DNA of 63,873 nucleotides, counting the filler, from Octopus bimaculoides (lineage: Eukaryota), in NCBI RefSeq assembly GCF_001194135.2. It is 6 parts of 6 records of this genome, joined end to end, with 100 filler letters (N's around TTAATTAATTAA, not from the genome) between each part and the next. Parts side by side here need not be neighbours in the genome. Positions count along the whole stretch, not along the records: positions 48,829 to 53,129 come from NC_068989.1; positions 53,230 to 61,387 come from NC_069006.1; positions 61,488 to 63,873 come from NW_026369463.1; 3 more parts are not named here. One strand, 5' to 3'. This document shows, in pieces, positions 51,485-63,290 of this stretch; within the stretch, counting starts at the first letter, position 1, and the number at the start of each line of letters is the position of its first letter. Both the position numbers and the translations under genes were made by a program. The notes under the pieces are model-generated. The model saw only the letters and a list, made by a program, of their open reading frames with translations, was not told where the DNA came from and searched no databases.

Positions 51485-51689
51485 GTAAGTCAGATACAGT
51501 TTATAAACTAGGTGTAAGGGTAACGGGTAAAAACGTCCTTATGTTATGAATGACCATGGGATTGCACCTAGAAAGTTCGCCTCTGAGGTACAAGTTCGGG
51601 CAAGGTTTTTTTATGGAAGACCAGCAGTCGCCCATGCATACCAGTCTTGCTTCTCCACACCGATGTTATCCAATAGAAAAGCAAAGGTA

Positions 51690-52400
51690 ATTTGGGTAAT
51701 TTCCAAAAGTCTTTTGCTTGGGAGTGTTACTGAGGGGTCCCACCGGTTCGTGATAAACTCGGAAATGTTAGACGGTCGTGTCCAAGATGCGCGCAGAGCA
51801 ACGAAATCGTTTTGCATGCACTCCTTCAATGTCCGACTATTGCTGACTTGTAGAGTCATGTAGAACAGCGACTGTCGTATGTGAGGTGGACCCGGCTGTT
51901 CCCCAAGTTTATGGTGATGCTTGCCCTCGCCCGCCTGTCTGGCTAAAGTCAGACAGAGAAGGTAGTTTTCCTCTGTTTGATTGCTAAAGTGAGGTTTTAT
52001 AGTGGACGTGGTTGATTGATATGAGGACAGGGACTTGATTGATACGAGGACAGGTTCTTGTCGACCACAAGTTTCATTCGAGATAGCAGGTGAAAGTGGA
52101 AATAGAGGTTCTGTCCTCGAGTGAATTTGTTGAAAGGTACGTAATAGTTGAGAAAATGGTAAGAGTGGATAGCACCACTCATAAGTATAGACTTATAAGC
52201 TGGAGAGCAAAATTATTGTTCGGTGAGATCTTGTATACGGAGTTTCTGCAATTGACCCAAGAGATCCTTCTATATCACAAGGATTGCATCATCATCATCT
52301 ACATTTTTGATACTGTATACCATCTATATTTATGTTGTTTCTTTTTTAATCATTCAATTCATTGTACATCCCCACATCATACTGTACCTCTCATCCGTCG
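51690..52400 (+). mobile_element. Decayed Tx1-like LINE 3' end
   Basis: Shares motifs with 28500-28700 (tgcatgca..cattgtcc). Reads VEIEVLSSSEFVER...KMVRV and ends with aaataaaagaaa. Confidence 0.55.
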
Positions 52401-52445
52401 CTCTGTTGGCAAATAAAAGAAATTATTATTATTATTATTATTATT

Positions 52446-52531
<86 letters not shown>

Positions 52532-52789
52532 TATTATTATTAAGAAGGCGGTGAGCTGGGAGAATCGTTAGCACGCCAGGTGAAATACTTAGCAGTATTT
52601 CGTATGCCGCTACGTTCTGAGTTCAAATTCCGCCGGGGTCGACTTTGCCTTTCATACTTTCGGGGTCGATAATAAGTACCAGTTACGTACTGGAGTCGAT
52701 GTAATCCCCCAGATTTGAGGCCTTGTGCTTCCTGTAAAAGGATTATTATTACTGTTGTTGTTGTTGTTGTTATCATTATTATTATTTTA

Positions 52790-53129
52790 TGTTTGACTTT
52801 TGTTTTGCATTTGTACAAGTTGGATCCAAGTCTCACCCAGAGACCTCAAGAGACAACAAGTTAGAAGTTCATGTAGGTGTTATGCCTAGGGTACCATATA
52901 TTTGGATTTGTACAGTTTTGTTCAAGTGAATGTTTAAGAAACCATAAGAAAATTATGTGTTTGCTTTAAAATTTGAGATCACATAGACAGTATTTTACGT
53001 AGGATATGGGCAGTTCCCATGAGCACTATCTTTTGAACTTCAGCCATTTTGGGGTTTCCTGGTATCTGAGCTAGGTAGTAATCAGCCCGTTTCGCTGTCA
53101 TTCCCAGGGCACCTATGACAATAGGTATT
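52790..53129 (-). mobile_element. R4/Dong-like LINE 3' end
   Basis: IPIVIGALGMTAKRADYYLAQIPGNPKMAEVQKIVLMGTAHILRKILSM*, with an (AAT)n-like tail. Cut by the spacer. Confidence 0.75.
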
Positions 53130-53229
53130 NNNNNNNNNNNNNNNNNNNNNNNNNNNNNNNNNNNNNNNNNNNNTTAATTAATTAANNNNNNNNNNNNNNN
53201 NNNNNNNNNNNNNNNNNNNNNNNNNNNNN
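53130..53229. other. Artificial assembly spacer
   Basis: N44-TTAATTAATTAA-N44. Confidence 0.95.
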
Positions 53230-53289
<60 letters not shown>

Positions 53290-53891
53290 GACATGTGAAT
53301 TGTAAGCTGTTGTAGTTAATGAATTGTTAAAGGATCATCACGTTATGGACATCAATGTCTCACGAGACCATCTCTCTCTCTCTCCCTCTCTGTTTACGTC
53401 TGTGTGTAATCCCTTTTATCTATCTACTTATCTATCTGTCTATGGTCTGAGCTTAACGCCTTTCACTCTCTGAAGTACAACCATTTCCACTCGGATTCCC
53501 ACCGAAATCATATCTCCTTGACGACATCTAACTTTGCCCACCACCTACCGCTACTACCACTGATCTCGCTCCTCCTCCTCCTCCTCCTCCTTCTCCTCCT
53601 TCTCCTCCTTCTCCTCCCCTTCTGCTCAGTAACACAAAGTCAGTGACATGGGCGAACAATGGAAGAGGGGAAAGAGCTGAAGGGAGAGGAACGAGAAACG
53701 AGGTGGTAGTGAAGAAATCATGTGATGAGTGGGATATTACTAGTACGCATGGATAACAATAAATGTAGATATTTACAGCGTTGTGGTAGGAGTAGGTGTG
53801 TGAACGAGAGTAGCAGTGTCGAAATGGTAGGACAAAAATGGCGGAGATAATATTTTGATTTATGTTAATTAGTTTCAATATACATACATGT

Positions 53892-53980
<89 letters not shown>

Positions 53981-53984
53981 TATA

Positions 53985-54427
53985 GGCATAGGCATGGCTG
54001 TGCGTTAAGAAACTTACTTTCCAACCACATGGTTCTGAGATCGTCCCACTGCGTGGCACTTTGGGCATGTGTCTTCTACTATAGCCTTGTGCTAACCAAA
54101 GGCTTGTGAGTGAAATTGGTAGACGGAAACTGAAAGAAGCCCGTTGTGTGTATACATTTATTTGTGTGTGTACATGTATGTATGTGTGTGTGTGTGTGTA
54201 TGTATGTATCTATGTATGTATGTATTTGTTTGTGTACGTTTGTGTTTGTCCCCCTGCCATCGCTTGACAACCAACGCTGGTATATTTATGTCCCCGTAAC
54301 TTAGCAGATAGGCAAAAGAGACCGATATTATTAGTCCAGGGGTCGATTTCTTCTACTAACACCCTTTAAGGCGGTCATGGCTGAAGTCAAATGACTAAAA
54401 CAAGTAAAAAAATAAAAGAATAAAAGA
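53985..54427 (+). mobile_element. SINE family 1 copy
   Basis: Same head, core and tail. Further partial copies at about 19315-19518, 21220-21513, 38915-39125, 55030-55190, 61500-61830 and 63835-63873. Confidence 0.8.
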
Positions 54428-55828
54428 GTATATATATATATGTATGTATATATATATATTCTTTTTTTATATATTATTATTTTTTTTATATATTTTTTTT
54501 CTATATTATTGTTTTATATATTATTTTCTTCATTTTGTACTTTTTTGTACTTCTTTGTAAAAAAAACATTTTCATTCTCCTTCTTCTTGATAATTTGCTT
54601 CATCGCAATGAAAACCGGTTAGAAAAAATCTTTATTAAATTATGCTTCCAGTTCAACATTCTGGCTTTTTTTCATTTTCCTATATATATATATATATATA
54701 TAATTACTATTATGTTAAACTGTCGTATGTCCCAATTTGGCCGAATGCGTTCTTTTCAATATTTATAATTGCTTGCAATAGCCGGTTCTTTTGGTCAAAC
54801 TATCGTATCTCCAGTTGCTTCAGATGCCAAGATATCAAAAATGATCAAAGTGTACTACAACGGTTTTGCTATGGAATGGTGAAAAAAACTATCTTATCAT
54901 TTTCTGAAAAAGCAACGTTCTGGACTTACAACACTTTTGCATAATAGCAACGATACACACACACACACATATGTTTTGCATGAAAGGCCTCGGGTTCGTT
55001 CCACGGCAACTCCACAGCGCTTCTTCATAAGCGCAGGCGTTGGCTGTATGATAAAAAGCTTGCTTCCCAGCCACATGGTTTCTGGTTCAGTCTGACTACG
55101 TGACACCTACGGCAAGTCTCTTCTACTATAGCCTCTGGCTGACCAAGACCTTGCGAGTGGATTTAGTGGGCGAAAACTGAAAGAATCATAACATACAGTG
55201 TATGTTATATGAATGAAATTTAGCTGCTATTTCTGGCAGGATGAGATACAAAGTAGAGGCTTCTTCGCTGACATGTTGTCTTAGTTGTTATGTTGATGTT
55301 GCTTTTGTTACTGTTGTCATTGTTATTCGTGCTGTGTTAGCACGCCGGGCGAAATGCTTAGCGGTATTTCGTCTGCTTAACGGTTTCTCGTCTGCTTAGC
55401 AGTATCTCGTTTCAAATTCCGCCGAGGTCGACTTTGCCTTCCATCCTTTCAATGTCAATGAAATAAGTACCAGTTGAACATTGGGGTCAATGTAATTGAC
55501 TCATCCCCTCCCCTCAAAATCGCTGCCCTTGTGGCGAAATTTAAAACCCTTATTATTCTTGCTGCTCAAGGCGGCAAGCTGCCAGAATCGGTAGCACGCT
55601 GGACGAAGCGCTTAGCGGTATTTTGCCTGTCACTATGTTCTGGGTTCAAATTCCGCCGACATCGACTTAACTGTTCATTTTTCTCGGACTCGATAAAATG
55701 AGTACCAGTTACACACTGGGGTTGATGAAATCGACTAGCTCCCTTCCTCCAAAATTTCAGGCCTTGTGCATTTAGTAGAAAGGATTACTATTCTTATTAT
55801 CATTGGTGTTATTATTATTATTATTATT

Positions 55829-57747
55829 ATTACCTCCGCCTTAGTGAAGATTGTTTTCAGTCGCGTTCGTTTGTTTGTGTGTCCGTGGACAGGATATATC
55901 AAGAACCACTGGATGGATTCGGATGAAACATTCATGGATGTTTGACCTCATAACTGGCACGAACTGATTAGATTTTGGGATCTGTTTTTTTATTACCCAT
56001 GCGGGCTAACATAGAGGTGACAAAACAGAATATGTGGGACATAAAACATATATAAAAAAAAAAACAGAAATAAATGTTATAATGTCTGAAGACATGAATA
56101 TGATAAAATGGAAATGAAACCACTCGCCCCACCCATTTTCTACCTTTTAAATCCTGTACCCTCTAACACATCAATACCTGTTTCCTCCAAGCACCTATCG
56201 TACGTCGTAAAGTCTGGGAATGGGCTCCAGCTGCAGTCCACCTCCCAATAATAAAACCCTCTTGCTTCTTATTTGGTATTACACACAAGAGATGTTCCTC
56301 CACGTTATCAAACCCCGCAGTTCCAATACATTTTATGTCCCATTCCACCGAATCCCTTAACAGTTCGTCACTATGCAACATGTAAATCCTACACTTTTTC
56401 CTTCTTTTTTGACTTGCGGGGTGGTCTTTGTATGTGTTTGCCTCTTGTTTTTGTGTCGGATGGGAATGGATAGGCTTAGTGTCTGCAAGGAGTAGGTGGG
56501 TCTGAGAGGGTGTTTGTGGGATGGGTGTGGAATGGGGTTTACAGTTTAGTTCACTTGCCTTTTTTTATTTTTCTTCCTGTCACATTTTCCCATTTATTTT
56601 TCACTATTTCTGCTACTTCCTTTTCTTTTTCGATTACTTCCTTTCTACTGGTCTTTTCTATCTCCTCTTCCATATTCTCTGGTCGCTTTTCCTCTGGTTT
56701 TCTTGGTTTTGACGTACATTCTGCTCTTGTGTGTCCCTTCAGACCACATTTAAAGCAGCGTGGAACTCTTCCTTCCACCCTGACAGTCATAATTGTTTCT
56801 TCCATAACTATTGTTTCCGTAATCTTTTCCATCGTTTCTTTTGAACCTTGAACTATCATCTCCAGTTGTTGACCTCTCCAGTTGACGCACTCTTTTTTCT
56901 TGGCCTGGAGCACTACTATGTTGTCCTCATTACCACAGAGGACCGCATCTGCCACCCAGGTCACATCAATCTCCGGTGGGATTCCTTCAACCGTGACCCT
57001 TGTTGCTCTCGTGCCTCTATACGTGAGCAACAGCACCACTTCTTCGCTTCGAATTGTTGAAGCTGCATGTTTCCTCGCTGCTGCTGCATTACGAAATCTC
57101 ACTTCTACTGTTCCGAATGTTGAACCTCTAGTCAGGAATATTATGTCATCCCAAATCTGCCTTAACGCTTTTTCTACTTGTTCTGTCGTGACGACATCAA
57201 TTTTTCCCTTATTTATCGAAAAGGTTCGATAGTTTATAGTTTTCTCCCTTATTCCGTTTTTAACCTCTTGCGGGGAGCGACAGCTTCACTTCGAACCCAT
57301 CTCGGATCATTTCTCCTTTGTGTTTTCCTAATTCGCCGATATTCACTTCTGTCTCCTTACACCTTGCTGCATCAGCAAAATTCCTCTTCTCTGTTCTCAG
57401 TTTTTGGTCCATTGTTTTAACAGCCTCCAGCAACTCTTCCTCGGACGATGATATGTCTGAATAACTGTCTTCAGACATTCTTTAACCAGCTGTCTCTTCT
57501 CTTACAAGAAGAGAAATCNNNNNNNNNNTCGATTTTGGGATCGACCGGTACCGGACAAGGATTCTGGATTATTTTTCCTATTTTTGTACTTAATTCTTGA
57601 GAGCGGTCGGGTTCATTTTTAGTATTCTCGTTTATGAGAGTAGTCAAGTTTATTCCAGATATTCTCATTTTAAAAATTATCTCCAACGAATCGTTGAGAG
57701 GATTTTGGTGTTGCCTTGGCGAAGATTTGCGCTCTCCCAGTGCTCTT
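55829..57747 (+). mobile_element. Helentron/DINE-1-like non-autonomous element, split by the ORF1-only insertion
   Basis: 5' ATTACCTCCGCC followed by gtttgtttgt microrepeats (55829-55982). The sequence resumes at 57543 and ends ccttGGCGAAGATttgcgctct (subterminal inverted match to ACCTCCGCC, 2 mismatches). Family assignment is from recalled structure. Confidence 0.7.
55983..57530 (-). mobile_element. ORF1-only (Gag-like zinc knuckle) non-autonomous retroelement, HAL1-like, 1548 bp
   Basis: Flanked by the 12-bp direct repeat gattttgggatc (55971-55982; 57531-57542). About 50 bp of 5' UTR, ATG at 57478, frameshifted ORF1 with CFKCGLKGHTRAEC, no endonuclease or RT, ending in AATAAA plus an A-tail. 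Confidence 0.8.
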
Positions 57748-58187
57748 CTTGCTTCTGTTTCTTTGCTGTTATTTATCTTTTGCATGCGTTTTTTTTTTTT
57801 GTTATTTGTCGTTCTTATTGTTATCCTTATTGTTGTTATTGTTGTTATCATTGGTGTTCTTATCATCATGTTGATGTTGTAGTTATTTCTGCTGTCGTTT
57901 GTTTATTTCGTTGTTATTCGTTGCTGCTATCGTTCCTATTGCTGTTGCTGCCCTTGTAGCTGTGCTGTTGTTGTTGTTGTTGTTGTTGTTGTTTGCGTTG
58001 CTGCTAATATAAAGACCAGATATATATTCCAGTCAGTTCCGGTCAGTTCTGGTCAGTTGTGTCAATAAATTAATCATACGTCGTTTTGTCATGAAATCTA
58101 AATAAACCATTGAACTGTTAAAGATTTTTATTTTTATTTTAAGACTCTCACTTGGTCATGTGTGCTTGACTTCTTTGTGTACGAGTG

Positions 58188-58358
58188 TATATAAATATAT
58201 GTATATAAATATATGTGTATATAAATATATGTGTATATAAATATATGTGTATATAAATATATGTGTATATAAATATATGTGTATAAATATATGTGTATAT
58301 AAATATATGTGTATATAAATATATGTATATAAATATATGTGTATATAAATATATGTGT
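58188..58358. repeat. 16-bp AT-rich tandem (gtatataaatatatgt)n
   Basis: About 10 units. The (gagagagggagt)n 12-mer array lies nearby at 58608-58977. Confidence 0.9.
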
Positions 58359-58396
58359 ATGTGAGAACTGAGTTTGTTATATAACGGTTTACTTAC

Positions 58397-58504
58397 CAGC
58401 AATTTTTCGGCCAAAGCCGGAGACAGGTCAATCTCGTGTATTTCCGGAAATCTGGGATAATCCGCGGTCATTTCCTCATAGGTTAAGATCTTTTGTGTAT
58501 TTGG
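58397..58504 (-). CDS. Orphan internal exon, 108 bp, product unknown
   Basis: Strong acceptor (gtcttgtattttcag|) and donor (|gtaagt). Only the phase-0 frame is open: PNTQKILTYEEMTADYPRFPEIHEIDLSPALAEKLL. Confidence 0.6.
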
Positions 58505-59010
58505 CTGAAAATACAAGACATAGGACAGTGCTGAAATCTATAAGTGGCAGACAGACAGACTGACAGACAGGGACAGAAGGAGGGAAGGAGAGATAGGAGA
58601 GAGAGGGAGTGAGAGAGAGGGAGNNNNNNNNNNNNNNNNNNNNNNNNNNNNNNNNNNNNNNNNNNNNNNNNNNNNNNNNNNNNNNNNNNNNNNNNNNNNN
58701 NNNNNNNNNNNNNNNNNNNNNNNNNNNNNNNNNNNNNNNNNNNNNNNNNNNNNNNNNNNNNNNNNNNNNNNNNNNNNNNNNNNNNNNNNNNNNNNNNNNN
58801 NNNNNNNNNNNNNNNNNNNNNNNNNNNNNNNNNNNNNNNNNNNNNNNNNNNNNNNNNNNNNNNNNNNNNNNNNNNNNNNNNNNNNNNNNNNGAGGGAGTG
58901 AGAGAGAGGGAGTGAGAGAGAGGGAGTGAGAGAGAGGGAGTGAGAGAGAGGGAGTGAGAGAGAGGGAGTGAGAGAGATATACCCACGTACATATCATACA
59001 TATGTGTGTG

Positions 59011-59042
<32 letters not shown>

Positions 59043-59589
59043 CGCATGTATGTATATCTATATATTCACACACTCAGATATATATATATGTGTGTATGTG
59101 CGTGCCTTGGGATTGTGTTTGTCCACCCCACCATTTGATAACCGGTCTTAGTTTGTTTATGTTCTTGTAACTTAGCTGTTCGGCAAAAATTTTTTAAATG
59201 ATAGCAGGAATAAGAAAACTTGAAAAAATAAATACAGGGGCGATTTGTTCGACTAAATCCCTTCAAGGTGGTGCTGCAACATGGCCACAGTCCGATGACT
59301 GAAACAAGGAGAAGATAACCGATATGTGTGTAGATGTGGATGTGGGGATGGGGTTACAAGACGATGTGAAACAATGTGTTGAATCTGATATTCTTGTATT
59401 TTGGGAGGTCATAAGCCAATAAAATCACGAGCTCTGGTTATGTTTCATTTCAGTTTTAATCTCCACTCAATTAGATAATTAATCAATCGATAAAGTGGTT
59501 AATTTATTTGTGTATCTCACTCCTTTCGTCATAACCTCTGACCTTATCAATGACCACGCGTCTTTCATTCACTTCTTTCTCCCTCTCAG

Positions 59590-59870
59590 CATTTTACTGC
59601 ATGTTTTCTGTTCGCTATACAACAACAGCCTGTTCGCGGCAAAGACGTGAGTCCGGATGGCCCCTGTGCAAGGACAATCCGAATACGGACAGGTGTTGTA
59701 AAGAGTGACTGGTAGAGCGGAAATGATGCCAGATCGGGATGGCGTTGCCGAATCTAATCTCTCGGAGGTGTTCCGCGAACCGGTCAGCCAAGCAGCGTCC
59801 CGTTTGACCGATGTACAAAGAAGGACATCAGATAATGTATTCTTAGTAACATTATGTCGGTCACAGCTGG
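59590..59870 (-). mobile_element. Penelope-like GIY-YIG endonuclease fragment
   Basis: LYIGQTGRCLADRFAEHLREIR...IWHHF...REQ. Confidence 0.8.
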
Positions 59871-59974
59871 AACATATTTGGTCAGGTGTCCGAGGCATCT
59901 AGTATCAACTTGGGCTAAACTAGTACAACAACAACAAAAACAACAGTCACAAGAAACTGTTCAAAAGAACTTAC

Positions 59975-60022
59975 ATCACACCCTTCCTCAAAGAACACAC
60001 CATTATTCAGAAGAACCGTCAG
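59975..60022 (-). CDS. Possible 48-bp exon upstream of 58397-58504
   Basis: ggacacag|CTG...GAT|gtaagt. Translates LTVLLNNGVFFEEGCD, phase 0/0, and would join in frame to the 58.4-kb exon. The acceptor is weak. Confidence 0.3.
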
Positions 60023-60116
60023 CTGTGTCCGTAGAATGATTCCTTCCAGTTTGGTTCGTTTCTCCGTTTCTGTCGCTGGTTCCACTCGCCTACATTAATA
60101 CATTTATGTGTGTATG

Positions 60117-60157
<41 letters not shown>

Positions 60158-61124
60158 TGAATTTACAAAAGCAAAAAGAAAAGAAAAGACAAGACGGGTG
60201 TGTAAACAACAATCAGGAAAGTGAGAAAGTCTTTTATGTTTCGAGCCTACGCTCTTCAACAGAAAAGAATACAGGAATAAGCAGAGAGAGAAAATAAAAA
60301 AGGTTTAGTGGCGAGCGATCAATCATGGCGAATGCCGGACAGAGGTGGTCAGACAGGAGAGCTAGGAAGAAGGGAAAATAAAAATGTAGTGGTGATCCCA
60401 AAACGAAGGTGCGCGTGGGTATGTATGTGANNNNNNNNNNNNNNNNNNNNNNNNNNNNNNNNNNNNNNNNNNNNNNNNNNNNNNNNNNNNNNNNNNNNNN
60501 NNNNNNNNNNNNNNNNNNNNNNNNNNNNNNNNNNNNNNNNNNNNNNNNNNNNNNNNNNNNNNNNNNNNNNNNNNNNNNNNNNNNNNNNNNNNNNNNNNNN
60601 NNNNNNNNNNNNNNNNNNNNNNNNNNNNNNNNNNNNNNNNNNNNNNNNNNNNNNNNNNNNNNNNNNNNNNNNNNNNNNNNNNNNNNNNNNNNNNNNNNNN
60701 NNNNNNNNNNNNNNNNNNNNNNNNNNNNNNNNNNNNNNNNNNNNNNNNNNNNNNNNNNNNNNNNNNNNNNNNNNNNNNNNNNNNNNNNNNNNNNNNNNNN
60801 NNNNNNNNNNNNNNNNNNNNNNNNNNNNNNNNNNNNNNNNNNNNNNNNNNNNNNNNNNNNNNNNNNNNNNNNNNNNNNNNNNNNNNNNNNNNNNNNNNNN
60901 NNNNNNNNNNNNNNNNNNNNNNNNNNNNNNNNNNNNNNNNNNNNNNNNNNNNGGGTAGGAGGAAAGAGAGAAAGTAGGTGTCAGAGCAAAAGAGGAGAGG
61001 AGAGGTAGGTAGGAGTGAAGGGAGGAAATAGGTGTGAGAGGAAGAGAAGAGAGAGGAGGGGTTAGATGAAGAGAGGAGGAGAGTTGAGCCCATGTGATGC
61101 AAAGGAGCGAAGAGAGAAGATTAA

Positions 61125-61325
61125 TTCCTGTTCACAGCGAAGACGGGGAGTCCGGATGACCCCTGTGCAAGGACAATCCGAACACAGACAGGTGTCATTA
61201 AGAGTGACCGGTAGAGCGGAAATGGCGCAAGACCGGAGTTTCATTGTCGAGTCTAATGTCTCGGAGATGTTCCGCGAATCGGTCAACCAAGTGGCGTCCC
61301 GTTTGACCGATGTACAGAGAAGGAC
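61125..61325 (-). mobile_element. Second Penelope-like GIY-YIG fragment
   Basis: High identity to 59645-59822 (gtccggatg.ccctgtgcaaggacaatccgaa...cccgtttgaccgatgtaca). Confidence 0.75.
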
Positions 61326-61387
61326 AGAGAGAGCAGGAGATGCAGTAGATGACGTTGCTAGAAGTGCAGGTGAAGGAGTCAGTGATA

Positions 61388-61487
61388 NNNNNNNNNNNNN
61401 NNNNNNNNNNNNNNNNNNNNNNNNNNNNNNNTTAATTAATTAANNNNNNNNNNNNNNNNNNNNNNNNNNNNNNNNNNNNNNNNNNNN
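61388..61487. other. Artificial assembly spacer
   Basis: N44-TTAATTAATTAA-N44. Confidence 0.95.
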
Positions 61488-61834
61488 TATATATGTATAT
61501 ATATATGTATGTGTGTGTATATGTTTGTGTGTCTGTACTTGTCCCCAACATCGCTTGACAACCGATGCTGATGTGTTTACTTCACCGTAACCTAGCGGTT
61601 CGGCAAAAGAGACCAATAGAATAAGTACTAGGCTTCCAAAGAATAAGTCTTGGGGTCGATTTGCTAGACTAAAGGCGATGCTCCAGCATGGCCGCAGTCA
61701 AATGACTGAAACAAGTAAAAGAATAAAAGAGTAAGGTGCAGGTGTGGCTGTGTGTTAGGAAGCTTGCTTCCCAACCGCATAATTCCGAGTTCAGTCTTGC
61801 GAGTGGATTTAGTTGACGGAAACTGAAAGAAGAC

Positions 61835-63242
61835 ACCTGGGCGGTTTCACTCCTTTGATATGGAGCAGAGGTAATCGCATGGACAGTAGACGAACTAAAC
61901 AGCTTAGACAGAAAGACAAGGAAGTTGCTAACCACATATGGGTTACTCCACCCAAAAAGTGACAGACAGACTGTATGTACCGAGAAAAAGAGGAGGAAGA
62001 GGACTTATTGGATGCGAAAACAGCATTAGAGCAGAAGAAAACCACATAGCATGGTATATAAAAAATGCCACTGAACCGCTATTATTAGAAGTAAGAAGGT
62101 CAGGCTTGTGTAGGATGAAAGATTGCAAAGATAAAGCACTGTACAAGCAATTGAAAACGAATGAAGCTGAAAATAGGTGGGTAAAGAAAAGAATGCATGG
62201 TCAATTTCATAGGGATGTTGAAGATAAGACAGACAGAAAAAAGATGGCTGTGGATGACTAAAAGTGATTTAAAACAGGAAACGGAGGCTCTAATCTTTGC
62301 TGCCCAAGAGCAAGCACTAAGAACAAACTACATAAAATACAGAATAGACAACAAATCAGAAAGTGATAAGTGCAGAATCTGTGGAGAAAACGGTGAAACC
62401 NNNNNNNNNNNNNNNNNNNNNNNNNNNNNNNNNNNNNNNNNNNNNNNNNNNNNNNNNNNNNNNNNNNNNNNNNNNNNNNNNNNNNNNNNNNNNNNNNNNN
62501 NNNNNNNNNNNNNNNNNNNNNNNNNNNNNNNNNNNNNNNNNNNNNNNNNNNNNNNNNNNNNNNNNNNNNNNNNNNNNNNNNNNNNNNNNNNNNNNNNNNN
62601 NNNNNNNNNNNNNNNNNNNNNNNNNNNNNNNNNNNNNNNNNNNNNNNNNNNNNNNNNNNNNNNNNNNNNNNNNNNNNNNNNNNNNNNNNNNNNNNNNNNN
62701 NNNNNNNNNNNNNNNNNNNNNNNNNNNNNNNNNNNNNNNNNNNNNNNNNNNNNNNNNNNNNNNNNNNNNNNNNNNNNNNNNNNNNNNNNNNNNNNNNNNN
62801 NNNNNNNNNNNGATTCAGTGCGACCATGAGATTGAGAATAGGAAACCAGACATAGTCTTAATTGAGAAAGAAAACAAACTGGATCATAGATATAGCATGC
62901 CCAGCTGACACCAAGGTATGAGATAAGGAAGAAAGAAAAGTTGAGAGATATGTCAGGTTAGCTTGGGAAGGTAAGCAGTTGTGGTTGATGCAGAAGGTAG
63001 CAGTTGTACCAATAATTGTCGGAGCTCTGGGAACAGTGAGCAAAAATCTCGAGAAGTACGTGGAACAAATAGGGGCTGCAATAAGGGTGGAGCACTTGCA
63101 GAAACCAGCACTGCTTGGAACCGCTCGAATACTCCGGAAAGGGCTCGAAAAATAGGAGGTGTTATCTTAGTTCACTGGTAGTGAACAGCTGACACTGCAG
63201 TACATCTCCAGCCTTAGAAGCTGTGCAAAGGCAATGATAGTC

Positions 63243-63276
<34 letters not shown>

Positions 63277-63290
63277 TAATAATAATATTT
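61835..63290 (+). mobile_element. R4/Dong-like LINE 3' part (RT C-terminus, CCHC, restriction-like endonuclease) with (AAT)n tail
   Basis: DRLYVPRKRGGRGL, MHGQFHR, AAQEQALRTNY, CRICGENGET, RKPDIVL, VPIIVGALG, LLGTARILRK. Contains an internal gap. Confidence 0.85.

Noticed and set aside
57471-57869. 132-aa ORF that looks like an upstream ORF of the Gag-like element
   Set aside because: It is mostly the antisense reading of the Helentron-like right half and flanking repeats, outside the TSD-defined element.
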